Made by a program: the position numbers and the translations under genes
Notes under the pieces: model-generated
What the model saw: the letters and a program-made list of their open reading frames with translations, nothing else
Database searches by the model: none
Told to the model about the DNA's origin: nothing
Sequence record: NC_028999.1
DNA: 64,000 nt
Strand: one strand, 5' to 3'
In this document: positions 46,307 through 54,152 of the stretch, piece by piece
How positions within the stretch are numbered: the stretch's first letter is position 1
How the letters are laid out: every line of letters begins with the position of its first letter

Positions 46307-47041
46307 ATGTCGATTGTTGTTTATGATGGTGAGAATCTGCTGGTAGATAAGATCACCACTGCTACCCACGACCATTATCGAAAGGTAGATGGTAAGGATG
46401 TCGAGTACTATTCTGAACTCGACTGCAAAATAAATTTCCCCAAAGGGGCGGACACCTTCAACAATAAGCTCTATGGTCGTACCGTCTCTGCTTACACGTT
46501 AGTTGGTGACACCCGAGATCAACATCGGGTAATGTTCCTACTCAACTCTGAAGTCGTGATCGACCTGCGCTGTATTTCCGATACGGCAGTGGCCTGGCCG
46601 GAGATAGGCGTATTGTCCCCTGAGACCACCCACCTTTTCATCAATGAGGATGGCGGCCTAATCGAAATGACCATGGAGATTGATCCGGATAAGGGGACCT
46701 ACAAGGTCATCGATAATATTTATCACCCAGAGAGCTTGGCTAAGGTAGGTCCGGCGGTCTTTGGCCAGCCTTCTGCCTTCCTCAACAGTTACAACCGTCA
46801 CCTGCTCCGTCGTAATTTCACTGCGTTGGAACTGATGGTGTTCGGCATGTCTCGTTATCCAGGCCTGGGACGTCGCTTCGATCATTGGCATCGCCCTACT
46901 GGCAAACTGACCAAGGATATCCTGCTGTCGGATAGGCAGCGTAGACATATTCTAAATAAGATCGCAAAGGATTCGGCACTTGTGGACCTAGCGCCGGTGA
47001 AAACACTACAGGAGTTGTACACCGATGAGAAGCTTACCTGA
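46307..47041 (+). CDS. Hypothetical protein, possible Ntn-hydrolase-like fold
   Basis: GAGGAG RBS; MSIVVYDGENLLVDK N-terminus; HLFINEDGGL. Confidence 0.75.
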   Translation: MSIVVYDGENLLVDKITTATHDHYRKVDGKDVEYYSELDCKINFPKGADTFNNKLYGRTVSAYTLVGDTRDQHRVMFLLNSEVVIDLRCISDTAVAWPEIGVLSPETTHLFINEDGGLIEMTMEIDPDKGTYKVIDNIYHPESLAKVGPAVFGQPSAFLNSYNRHLLRRNFTALELMVFGMSRYPGLGRRFDHWHRPTGKLTKDILLSDRQRRHILNKIAKDSALVDLAPVKTLQELYTDEKLT

Positions 47042-47164
47042 GGAGCGTTTAAAGCGCCAACAAAGCGCTATGCGCAAAGATCTCCTTCAGCGCTACCTGT
47101 GCTGGGGTTTCATCGGAGCGTGCGTTATACACGCTCTTTACAACCTTACAAAAGGAATTTTTTA

Positions 47165-47659
47165 ATGATCTTCATCAATAAGCCGTATCTTCCCGAAGAC
47201 CAAACCGCTCTCTGGGAAATGTTCCGTGAATCCGCCGATAATGCCTGTAGTGGGAATTATGCCATTGATCCGGAAATGCTCCCGATTATTCAGGAGTTCA
47301 ACCGTATCGAGGGTGTTACTACTCGTTACTGCTGTGAGGGTCACCCGGATGATCTCGGCGTAGATAACGCCTACGTCATGCTCGTCTGCGATCAATCTGG
47401 TCTCGAAAAGCTGATGCGTTTCAATATGCATCAAGCTTTCCATTGGATCAGTGAGAACGAGGGTGGCCAAGTCTGGCGCCTCGAACATTCCATGGCAGTG
47501 GTAGTAAATAATCGTGGTACTGAGTTTTGGTATCCGTGCGTTGTCTTGCGTAGTAACGATGGAGACAACAAGGCGACCACCACTCGTTACAACGCTTTCC
47601 TGCTCCAACAACTCCAGGGCTTTAACCGTGCCAAAACAACTGAACATCCGGAAGGTTAA
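47165..47659 (+). CDS. Hypothetical protein with IDPE...N...G..T..CxGH motif
   Basis: AAGGA RBS; AIDPEMLPIIQEFNRIEGVTTRYCCEGH. Confidence 0.8.
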   Translation: MIFINKPYLPEDQTALWEMFRESADNACSGNYAIDPEMLPIIQEFNRIEGVTTRYCCEGHPDDLGVDNAYVMLVCDQSGLEKLMRFNMHQAFHWISENEGGQVWRLEHSMAVVVNNRGTEFWYPCVVLRSNDGDNKATTTRYNAFLLQQLQGFNRAKTTEHPEG

Positions 47660-48002
47660 ACGTGAGTTCTTCGCCAATGAGCGCAGTTATCAGGCAGCGC
47701 TTTATTGCGTGGAGCGCTGCAACGCGATTATCCGGCTGGTGAACCAAGGTTACATGATCTCCGATGGAGACCAACTCATGAAACCAGAGATCACCATGGC
47801 CTACAACCCGCCTAAGGATATCGAGGATAGCCATGATGTCGATTGGGTGATTGGCATCCGCGAACGACCAAAAGGGGGGCAAACCATCATTGCTGGGTGG
47901 TGCTGGGCAGACAACGGTAAGATCTACCTTACCAAGAAAGAAATCAACGAGTACTTCTCGAAATGGCGAGCAGTACATCCGAAACACCTGATCAAACTTT
48001 AA
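47628..48002 (+). CDS. Hypothetical protein
   Basis: ORF track; start uncertain (GTG chosen). Confidence 0.6.
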   Translation: MPKQLNIRKVKREFFANERSYQAALYCVERCNAIIRLVNQGYMISDGDQLMKPEITMAYNPPKDIEDSHDVDWVIGIRERPKGGQTIIAGWCWADNGKIYLTKKEINEYFSKWRAVHPKHLIKL

Positions 48003-48024
48003 TCAACCAAAAGGAAACTACAAC

Positions 48025-48843
48025 ATGGGTATTCTTGCCGATTATGTTAACTTCCGCCGTAAGAACGGCAAAAGCGTCGCAGTACTGACCAGCATTGGCT
48101 CCAGCCTGGTAAGCCCGCGTCTGCAATCTTTCGAAGTCATTTCTGCACGGAATGGTTTCCTGCAAATCGATCACCCTCAGCTGGGGATACTCGATATCAA
48201 AGTCGATGTGGAATCCCAACAGGTAACCCACGACGGCTATATCCTCTGCACGGCTGACCGGGAACACTTCGCTAACTATCGTCGTGTTAATGAACACCCT
48301 GAACTACCGATCGCTACCGTACTGGTGGATATCAAATCCATCAGTCATCGTTTCGCTAAGGCCAGTGAACTACTACATATGCCATGGACTGTCCAACGTA
48401 AAACCAAGAACGGTATTGAACGCCGTAAGGTGGTACGTACGGAAACCACCAATGGTTTTGTCCAGGTGGAAGGCGAAACCGATCTCACCTGCATCTACGG
48501 TGAACACATCCTGCGTGATAAGGATGTAATCGCCAAAGGTGAGTCGCCCTGGGTGATCGATCCGAGCTGCCCGCTGTTCAACGAAATGAACCGTCTGTTC
48601 CGTCTCTACATGGAGAAAGTTACGGTCGATCATTTCCAAGCAATGCGTGCAGCACTGCCATGGTCCAAGCTTGCCTACATGCATAACCCGGCTCTCTCCA
48701 CTGCACCTGGTCGTGTAGTGGTACTGTTGGTTGATCCTGTTGGGCGGACCAGTGGTTATCGTGTAACCCACGACGGCAAGTTCGCATGGACCAATATCAA
48801 TGAACGCGCCTGGGCCAATGAAGGTTACGACATCGTCGACTAA
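48025..48843 (+). CDS. Hypothetical protein
   Basis: AAGGA RBS. Confidence 0.85.
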   Translation: MGILADYVNFRRKNGKSVAVLTSIGSSLVSPRLQSFEVISARNGFLQIDHPQLGILDIKVDVESQQVTHDGYILCTADREHFANYRRVNEHPELPIATVLVDIKSISHRFAKASELLHMPWTVQRKTKNGIERRKVVRTETTNGFVQVEGETDLTCIYGEHILRDKDVIAKGESPWVIDPSCPLFNEMNRLFRLYMEKVTVDHFQAMRAALPWSKLAYMHNPALSTAPGRVVVLLVDPVGRTSGYRVTHDGKFAWTNINERAWANEGYDIVD

Positions 48844-48844
48844 C

Positions 48845-48895
48845 GGCATAAAACCCCTCTCCTTCGGGAGAGGGGTCTATGTCTTTTTTTTCTTT
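48845..48895 (+). terminator. GGCATAA-hairpin-TATGTC terminator
   Basis: ACCCCTCTCC-TTCG-GGAGAGGGGT followed by a long T tract; ends the + strand block. Confidence 0.9.
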
Positions 48896-49054
48896 TTGCT
48901 GTTCTTCGAGGCGAGTTCGATAAACATGGTTATACCTCACGCCAACAGGGCATAGGCAAGGTAGTTGGACTGTTCCTCCAACTACCCTACCACCAAGGTA
49001 TCTGATGCAAGCATCAACCTCATATAATTGCATGTCTATGAGGATATGTCTTTA

Positions 49055-49246
49055 TTACCGCGGAGTGATGCGGAACGCTTTAGTCCACAGGTCTATCCGG
49101 AAGAACGGGCGGTATTCATTGCGACCGCCGCCAGCACGAATCATCTCGTTCCCTGGGGTGAGGGTCAGTCGTTCTACCCGATAGTTCGTAGCCTTGTGAA
49201 TAATGCCGTTGAACTTACGAGCGATTTCCAGCTTATTGAATTTCAT
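49055..49246 (-). CDS. Small basic protein
   Basis: GGGAG RBS 6 nt upstream on the - strand. Confidence 0.7.
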   Translation of the reverse strand: MKFNKLEIARKFNGIIHKATNYRVERLTLTPGNEMIRAGGGRNEYRPFFRIDLWTKAFRITPR

Positions 49247-49269
49247 AGATTACTCCCGTCCTGTTTGAG

Positions 49270-49295
49270 GGCATAAAGGTAGTCTTGCGACTACC
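49270..49295 (-). terminator. Terminator hairpin
   Basis: GGTAGTC-GCAA-GACTACC-TTTATGCC. Confidence 0.8.
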
Positions 49296-49302
49296 CCGTG
49301 CG

Positions 49303-49345
49303 GCTGTACCTGCGTCCACTCTTTCGACTGGTTTTACCCTACAGC
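49303..49345 (-). ncRNA. c-di-GMP-I (GEMM)-like half aptamer
   Basis: GCTGTA-GGGTAAAA-CCAGTC-GAAA-GAGTGG-ACGCAGG-TACAGC; second hairpin absent. Confidence 0.5.
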
Positions 49346-49452
49346 TAGGCTCATCAGTAATGAATTTTGCCAGCGCACATTTAGGAGGCGACAACTGTTA
49401 ATAGGTCGGGGGTGATAGCATTTGGGCCCAGTCTTTAACAGTGTCGCCAATT

Positions 49453-49541
49453 TGGCGGAAGCGCAGAGATTCGAACTCTAGGGGCCCTTTGGACCCGTCT
49501 GATTTCAAGTCAGGTGCCTTAAACCACTCGGCCACGCTTCC
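49453..49541 (-). tRNA. tRNA-Ser(TGA)
   Basis: GGAAGCG acceptor, CT-TGA-AA loop, long variable arm, TTCGAAT, encoded CCA. Confidence 0.95.
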
Positions 49542-49549
49542 ATTGTACA

Positions 49550-49641
49550 TTAGTCGTAACGATGTTTTAACCAGCGTAAACTACCGGCCCGAAGGTGGGC
49601 CGCCCGAGGGTGTTGAACCCCCGATTCTTCGTTACGACTAA
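49550..49641 (-). ncRNA. Circularly permuted, anticodon-less tRNA-like RNA
   Basis: 13-bp terminal stem enclosing a T-arm, a loop-closed acceptor-like stem and a D-arm, in that order. Confidence 0.75.
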
Positions 49642-49652
49642 ATTTCTGAATA

Positions 49653-49729
<77 letters not shown>

Positions 49730-49730
49730 A

Positions 49731-49821
49731 ATATGTGACTAGGTAGAACGAGTGCACTTTTCGCATCCAATCAACCCAAGTTAGGAAGATAGATACCACG
49801 CGCAATACCCTAGTCACATAT
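49731..49821 (-). ncRNA. Stem-closed leader RNA of the Thr/Ser tRNA operon
   Basis: 13-bp inverted repeat ATATGTGACTAGG/CCTAGTCACATAT between the promoter and tRNA-Thr. Confidence 0.55.
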
Positions 49822-49841
49822 GGTAATACACTGAGTATAGT
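49817..49841 (-). promoter_or_regulatory. Bipartite promoter
   Basis: ACTATACTC-N12-TATG. Confidence 0.7.
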
Positions 49842-49891
49842 TTTACTTACAATGACGCAATGGACCACAGTTCGTTATTCTGGCTAGATCC

Positions 49892-49923
49892 GGCATAAAG
49901 GGAACCCGAAGGCTCCCTTTATT
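49892..49923 (-). terminator. Terminator of the Kelch gene
   Basis: AAAGGGAGCC-TTCG-GGTTCCCTTT-ATGCC on the - strand. Confidence 0.85.
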
Positions 49924-49944
49924 CGCTGCTGGTATCTGACCACA

Positions 49945-51804
49945 TTAACTAGGGTTATACACGTACAGTGTTTTCTGTATAACGTTCCCAGGCTGTACGC
50001 CACCCGACACATATATCATGCCATTGACAGATGCACACGAAATGTCGTTACCAATTACAGGTAGATCAGGTAGTTGTTTCCATGTATTAGCAACCACATC
50101 ATATTCCCAGAAATCACTGAACGTTTGTGAAGCTGAAGCACCACCGACAATGTAAACCTTATTGCCAACTGACGCCATACCAAACGAAACTCTTGCCTGT
50201 ATAGCGGTGGGGACATTGGCTAGCTTTGTCCATACACGGGTATTCAAATCCAGTACATGGACATCCCTCGACATGGTAGTTCCATTCAACCAACCAAATG
50301 CCAAGACTAGTTTACCCGCAGCAATAGCCATCCGACCATTCTTGCGTGGTGGGGGTGTGGAACCAGAAACCGATGGTTTAGTCCATTTATTTCCAGTACC
50401 GTCCAGATTGTACTGATAAAGGGCATTGTCAGTTGGACCACTATCACCGAACATATAAAGACTTCGTCCATAAGAAGCCATGCAGTGACCCATTCTCCAA
50501 CTGGGCATTGCGCCATCAGTAATTGAACTCCAGGTATTTACACTGGGGTCGTATGCAAACATATCCGGTGAAGAATTAGATCCACTGAAAATATAAGTCT
50601 TCCCATCTATTGTTGCACCAGCGGTTTCATGCCTTCCTGGTCCTTGGACAGCATCTTCGCTCCATGTGTTCGTATATGGATCGTAACTGTAATTGGTATT
50701 TGTTACCACCGCGCCAGTAGATCCGTAAAGAACCCTGTATTTACCAGCACTCTCAACCCCAACAGCACTCCGGCGACCCGCAGGCATATCGGCTAGCTGT
50801 GTCCATTGGTTCTTCTCAATTGATGGGGCTAATCGAATGCGATAGACATCTTCTAAGAGGTTTGCTTTCAAGAAATATCCTTGGCTGGACATTGGAACCT
50901 TGGTACCACCACTGACAATCATATCCCCATTACCCATCGGTGCAACGGAAACGATGTTTCTATAAGGGATATTCAACTTCAGTGGTTCAGCAAATCGCTT
51001 AGTTTTAATGTGGAATCGTTGTGCATACATTTCACCATTAACGACGTTAATATAGTTGTAGTAATCGCCAGTAACGTATCCGTTACCCTGCCACACCACT
51101 CCTTTATCTTCCGGTAACGTCATCCATGGCGTTTGTTCCCAGGTACCTGCTGCATTATTGTATCTATAAACGTCGAGATACAATCCACCCTTGTCATTAT
51201 TCCAACCACCAAAATGGTAGAAGTAACCATCGTAGTAAAAAAGCTGCTGCCCTGAGCGTGTATCACCGGCGTAGTTTTGACCAGCTTTCCAATCATTAGT
51301 AGCCGGACGGAGTCTAATAGAGTTATTGGAAGTACCGTTCGCTATCATTACGTCGGTACCACCGTCAGAAGCTGCCGCTGTACCATAGAACGAAAATGGC
51401 CCAGGTACAGTGCTCACTCTGGCGCCAGTTGCCTTAGTAAAGCGCTGCATTCTATTGGTCAGACCAGTACCGCCCATACCCGCAGAGTCATATCCGGTGA
51501 TACCACCGAATGTAAAGAACTCTCCGTTATGCATTACATGGTAGCCGATAGAAAAACCAGGGGAGAACGTTCCAGCTGTGGTTGATCCAATATACGAGAA
51601 AGGTTCCAACGTATACTGCCTGAATACGGTCCCTGCTACTGAACCTTCAGTATGGTGACCAGAACCAACAAACAGTGTGTTACCATCCACGTAAGAAGAT
51701 GAACCTCCTAACGCTACTCCTAAATCACCTAGTTTATCTATCCTCCCAAAACCGGTTAAAGGTAGCTGCTCGCCTTTTCCTGACGAAAGTAATATTTCAA
51801 ACAT
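49945..51804 (-). CDS. Kelch-repeat (double beta-propeller) protein, possibly virion-associated
   Basis: About 12 repeats with GG, Y..D and W signatures (IYVSGG, VYIVGG, FYHFGG). Confidence 0.85.
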   Translation of the reverse strand: MFEILLSSGKGEQLPLTGFGRIDKLGDLGVALGGSSSYVDGNTLFVGSGHHTEGSVAGTVFRQYTLEPFSYIGSTTAGTFSPGFSIGYHVMHNGEFFTFGGITGYDSAGMGGTGLTNRMQRFTKATGARVSTVPGPFSFYGTAAASDGGTDVMIANGTSNNSIRLRPATNDWKAGQNYAGDTRSGQQLFYYDGYFYHFGGWNNDKGGLYLDVYRYNNAAGTWEQTPWMTLPEDKGVVWQGNGYVTGDYYNYINVVNGEMYAQRFHIKTKRFAEPLKLNIPYRNIVSVAPMGNGDMIVSGGTKVPMSSQGYFLKANLLEDVYRIRLAPSIEKNQWTQLADMPAGRRSAVGVESAGKYRVLYGSTGAVVTNTNYSYDPYTNTWSEDAVQGPGRHETAGATIDGKTYIFSGSNSSPDMFAYDPSVNTWSSITDGAMPSWRMGHCMASYGRSLYMFGDSGPTDNALYQYNLDGTGNKWTKPSVSGSTPPPRKNGRMAIAAGKLVLAFGWLNGTTMSRDVHVLDLNTRVWTKLANVPTAIQARVSFGMASVGNKVYIVGGASASQTFSDFWEYDVVANTWKQLPDLPVIGNDISCASVNGMIYVSGGVQPGNVIQKTLYVYNPS

Positions 51805-51865
51805 GAGTATGATCTCAAGTAATCCATCGTTGCATAGGATTAACCTTTATTATAATTGGGTAGAC

Positions 51866-51900
51866 GATATAAACCCACCCGCAATGGGTGGGTTTATGCC
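51866..51900. terminator. ATAAA-hairpin-TTTATGCC element
   Basis: ACCCACCC-GCAAT-GGGTGGGT. Confidence 0.8.
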
Positions 51901-51901
51901 A

Positions 51902-52783
51902 TCAGACTAAAATAACCCTAGCTACCGGATGGAATCTTCCACCAAATTCTGGCTCTACTTCACGGGTTTCCCCTACCAGATTTATTTGGACAAAGTATCC
52001 AGGTCTAGTTGGACTTTCAGTGGAGGTTATATACCAAGCATCAGGAGGATCTTGTATATAGCCATAATCGGTCCTGTACGGTACTTTATCTCCACGCATC
52101 ATGATAGCTGGACCTACGTACTTAATGAACTCATCCACCGTAGGACACCAACAGAACATTCTTACGCCAGCAATACCGTTATAACTGCGCGATTGAATAA
52201 CACTACCACCAAATGCGCTGATAGCTTCGGGACTAAATACCGTGGACATGTCTTTCTGGTCACCGGTTCTATCGCCCAACCAACTCCAGTTATACAAAGC
52301 TGTTACGGACCAACCGTCGGCAGCCGGGTAAATACTGGTGCAGATGTATTCATCGTCGTAGGTATAGATTCTTAACCGAGTGCGAAAAAGATCATCATCC
52401 ATGCCATGACCCCTGTCACCGGTTATATCAGTAAAATCAATCCATCTTGGCGGTCTAATACCAGCCCAAGACACAGCGACCAAAGAATTATGCTCGGACG
52501 TTTCTCTAAAACCATAAGGCGCCAATACTCCAAGTCTTGGATCATTATGCCTGAATGTTTTAACATCCGAATAATAGCTTCCCCAATCCATTACATATTC
52601 AAGTAAGTACCAATACTGGAAACCCAGTAAGGTATTGTACTCGATGATACCTATCGTACCTGGATAACTTACCCAATCAGTCGGTAATGTATCTTTTGTA
52701 AATGGCTCGTTAGCCACGTACAGTCGATATTCCTTAGGCAAGTTTAGAGAAATGGTTGGATCTAAATAAAGATGGATGCGCAT
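51902..52783 (-). CDS. Putative virion structural protein
   Basis: N-terminal beta-sandwich-like module (YRLY...TLP...YWY) shared with the next gene. Confidence 0.7.
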   Translation of the reverse strand: MRIHLYLDPTISLNLPKEYRLYVANEPFTKDTLPTDWVSYPGTIGIIEYNTLLGFQYWYLLEYVMDWGSYYSDVKTFRHNDPRLGVLAPYGFRETSEHNSLVAVSWAGIRPPRWIDFTDITGDRGHGMDDDLFRTRLRIYTYDDEYICTSIYPAADGWSVTALYNWSWLGDRTGDQKDMSTVFSPEAISAFGGSVIQSRSYNGIAGVRMFCWCPTVDEFIKYVGPAIMMRGDKVPYRTDYGYIQDPPDAWYITSTESPTRPGYFVQINLVGETREVEPEFGGRFHPVARVILV

Positions 52784-52784
52784 G

Positions 52785-53642
52785 TTATCCTCCGTTACCG
52801 ATCAAGCGCAGCGCCACTTTCCAATAAATTTTATACAAACTGGTATTCACATCCGGTGCAGTGATAAAATTGTCAGGATAAAATTTAGTCAGTCCAGCGC
52901 GGGAGTATAGCTTCTGTGTCACGTAGGAGGAAATCCTGTTTGCAACTACGATCGTATCTTCAGCTACATTAAGGAAACCAGCAGCGGCTTCAACGATACT
53001 CTTACCCCGTACTTCATGCTCTATATTCTCCAAGTACTCGGCATCGCTGTCGCAATAACTGTTCATGATGTATTCAGCCGTATTGGACATATCGAAAGCA
53101 TAGGTGAAATCGTTGATGGTGATTAACTTACCACTAGACAGCTCGGTGAGCACGTCATATAAATTCTCTGGCAGTATCTGTAAGTAACCCCCCAATGCAG
53201 TGTAGTAGTAATCACCGTTAAGATCATTGAGCTTAGTCCACTTATTGGTCCAGTTACCAATCACCAGTCCAGGTATATTCAATGCAGTGATCAATTCATC
53301 AGCCGTAGGCAATTGAGGGTCTTGTGTTACCCCAATAACCTTACCGAAGACATGTTGGCTCATTGACGAGCGCAGTTCACTACCAGGACCGTATAGACCA
53401 CTTGCCTTCATGGTAAACTGAGGACTAATGGCCTTGGTATTATTGAACACTGTCTGAATACGGTAGTTATACGTCGACCCACCAACTGCGGTAACGTCCC
53501 TGAAAGAGTTAGCAAATCCATCCAATACTGCAATGGGTGAATCTGTCGGGTCTTCTGGGATTGGGGTATCCACTGGAGTACGGAAAATGTTTATAACTGT
53601 ACGATCGGGTGGATTGGGGTTCTTAAATTCAAACTGAATCAT
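52785..53642 (-). CDS. Putative virion structural protein
   Basis: INIFR...D.TA..G.TYNYRI then GPG...FGKV; similar to phiKZ-type tail-associated families (from recall). Confidence 0.7.
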   Translation of the reverse strand: MIQFEFKNPNPPDRTVINIFRTPVDTPIPEDPTDSPIAVLDGFANSFRDVTAVGGSTYNYRIQTVFNNTKAISPQFTMKASGLYGPGSELRSSMSQHVFGKVIGVTQDPQLPTADELITALNIPGLVIGNWTNKWTKLNDLNGDYYYTALGGYLQILPENLYDVLTELSSGKLITINDFTYAFDMSNTAEYIMNSYCDSDAEYLENIEHEVRGKSIVEAAAGFLNVAEDTIVVANRISSYVTQKLYSRAGLTKFYPDNFITAPDVNTSLYKIYWKVALRLIGNGG

Positions 53643-53977
53643 TAATACACCTCAAACGTCGGCATGTACGGAGTAGCGAACTCTACTTTAAGATCAGTTA
53701 CGGGTTCAGCATGGGCGTCCATTGGGTCTTCTAATCTAACCTTAATAAGACGTGCAGGCAAGCTGCCTCCGAGGTAATTAATAACGACGTAAATGATGTT
53801 GTCTTTACCCGCACAGATGGTATCTTGGCCGGACTGGTGAGGGTGGTCTATATTGCGAAGAACGGCACTCCAACGTCTGTTCAACGGCATCCATTGATAT
53901 ACTGGGAATCTAGGATTACTCGATATCGGGAATAAAGTCGACGGAACATAGAACAGTGTATCACGCCAGATATGCAT
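53642..53977 (-). CDS. Hypothetical protein
   Basis: TAATG coupling with 52785-53642. Confidence 0.7.
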   Translation of the reverse strand: MHIWRDTLFYVPSTLFPISSNPRFPVYQWMPLNRRWSAVLRNIDHPHQSGQDTICAGKDNIIYVVINYLGGSLPARLIKVRLEDPMDAHAEPVTDLKVEFATPYMPTFEVY

Positions 53978-53992
53978 TCAACCTTTTGACGG

Positions 53993-54024
53993 AATAAAAG
54001 AGTAGCCGAAGCTACTCTCGTTAT
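53993..54024 (-). terminator. Terminator of the Asn/Tyr tRNA operon
   Basis: GAGTAGC-TTCG-GCTACTC-TTTTATT. Confidence 0.85.
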
Positions 54025-54025
54025 A

Positions 54026-54111
54026 TGGTGGTTGAAGGAAGGAATTGAACCTCTAGCCTAGGCGGGGGTGTTACAGACCCCTGACAGTAGCCATCTGTCT
54101 ATACATCAACC
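54026..54111 (-). tRNA. tRNA-Tyr(GTA), non-canonical
   Basis: GGGGT-CT-GTA-AC-ACCCC, variable arm, TTCAATT, ACCA end; atypical D-arm and acceptor. Confidence 0.8.
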
Positions 54112-54118
54112 GAAGGTG

Positions 54119-54152
54119 TGGAGACTCCATTTGACCGCTCTGGAACCTCTCC
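54119..54152 (-). pseudogene. Internally deleted tRNA (acceptor + D-arm only)
   Basis: GGAGAGG-TT-CCA-GAGCGGTCAAA-TGG-AG-TCTCCA. Confidence 0.65.

Noticed and set aside
48797-49033. 78-aa - strand ORF
   Set aside because: No RBS; it crosses the T tract and hairpin of the convergent terminator. The region instead has two hairpins (CCTCATA/TATGAGG and GGTAGTTGGA/TCCAACTACC) of unclear meaning.
49320-49360. Hammerhead ribozyme (CUGAUGA...GAAA on the - strand)
   Set aside because: Stem II is not closed immediately before GAAA, and I could not build stems I and III or a UH cleavage site.
49731-49821. Ro60-binding Y-RNA stem (GACUAG/CUAGUC)
   Set aside because: Strand polarity is opposite to metazoan Y RNA and there is no bulged C; likely coincidence.
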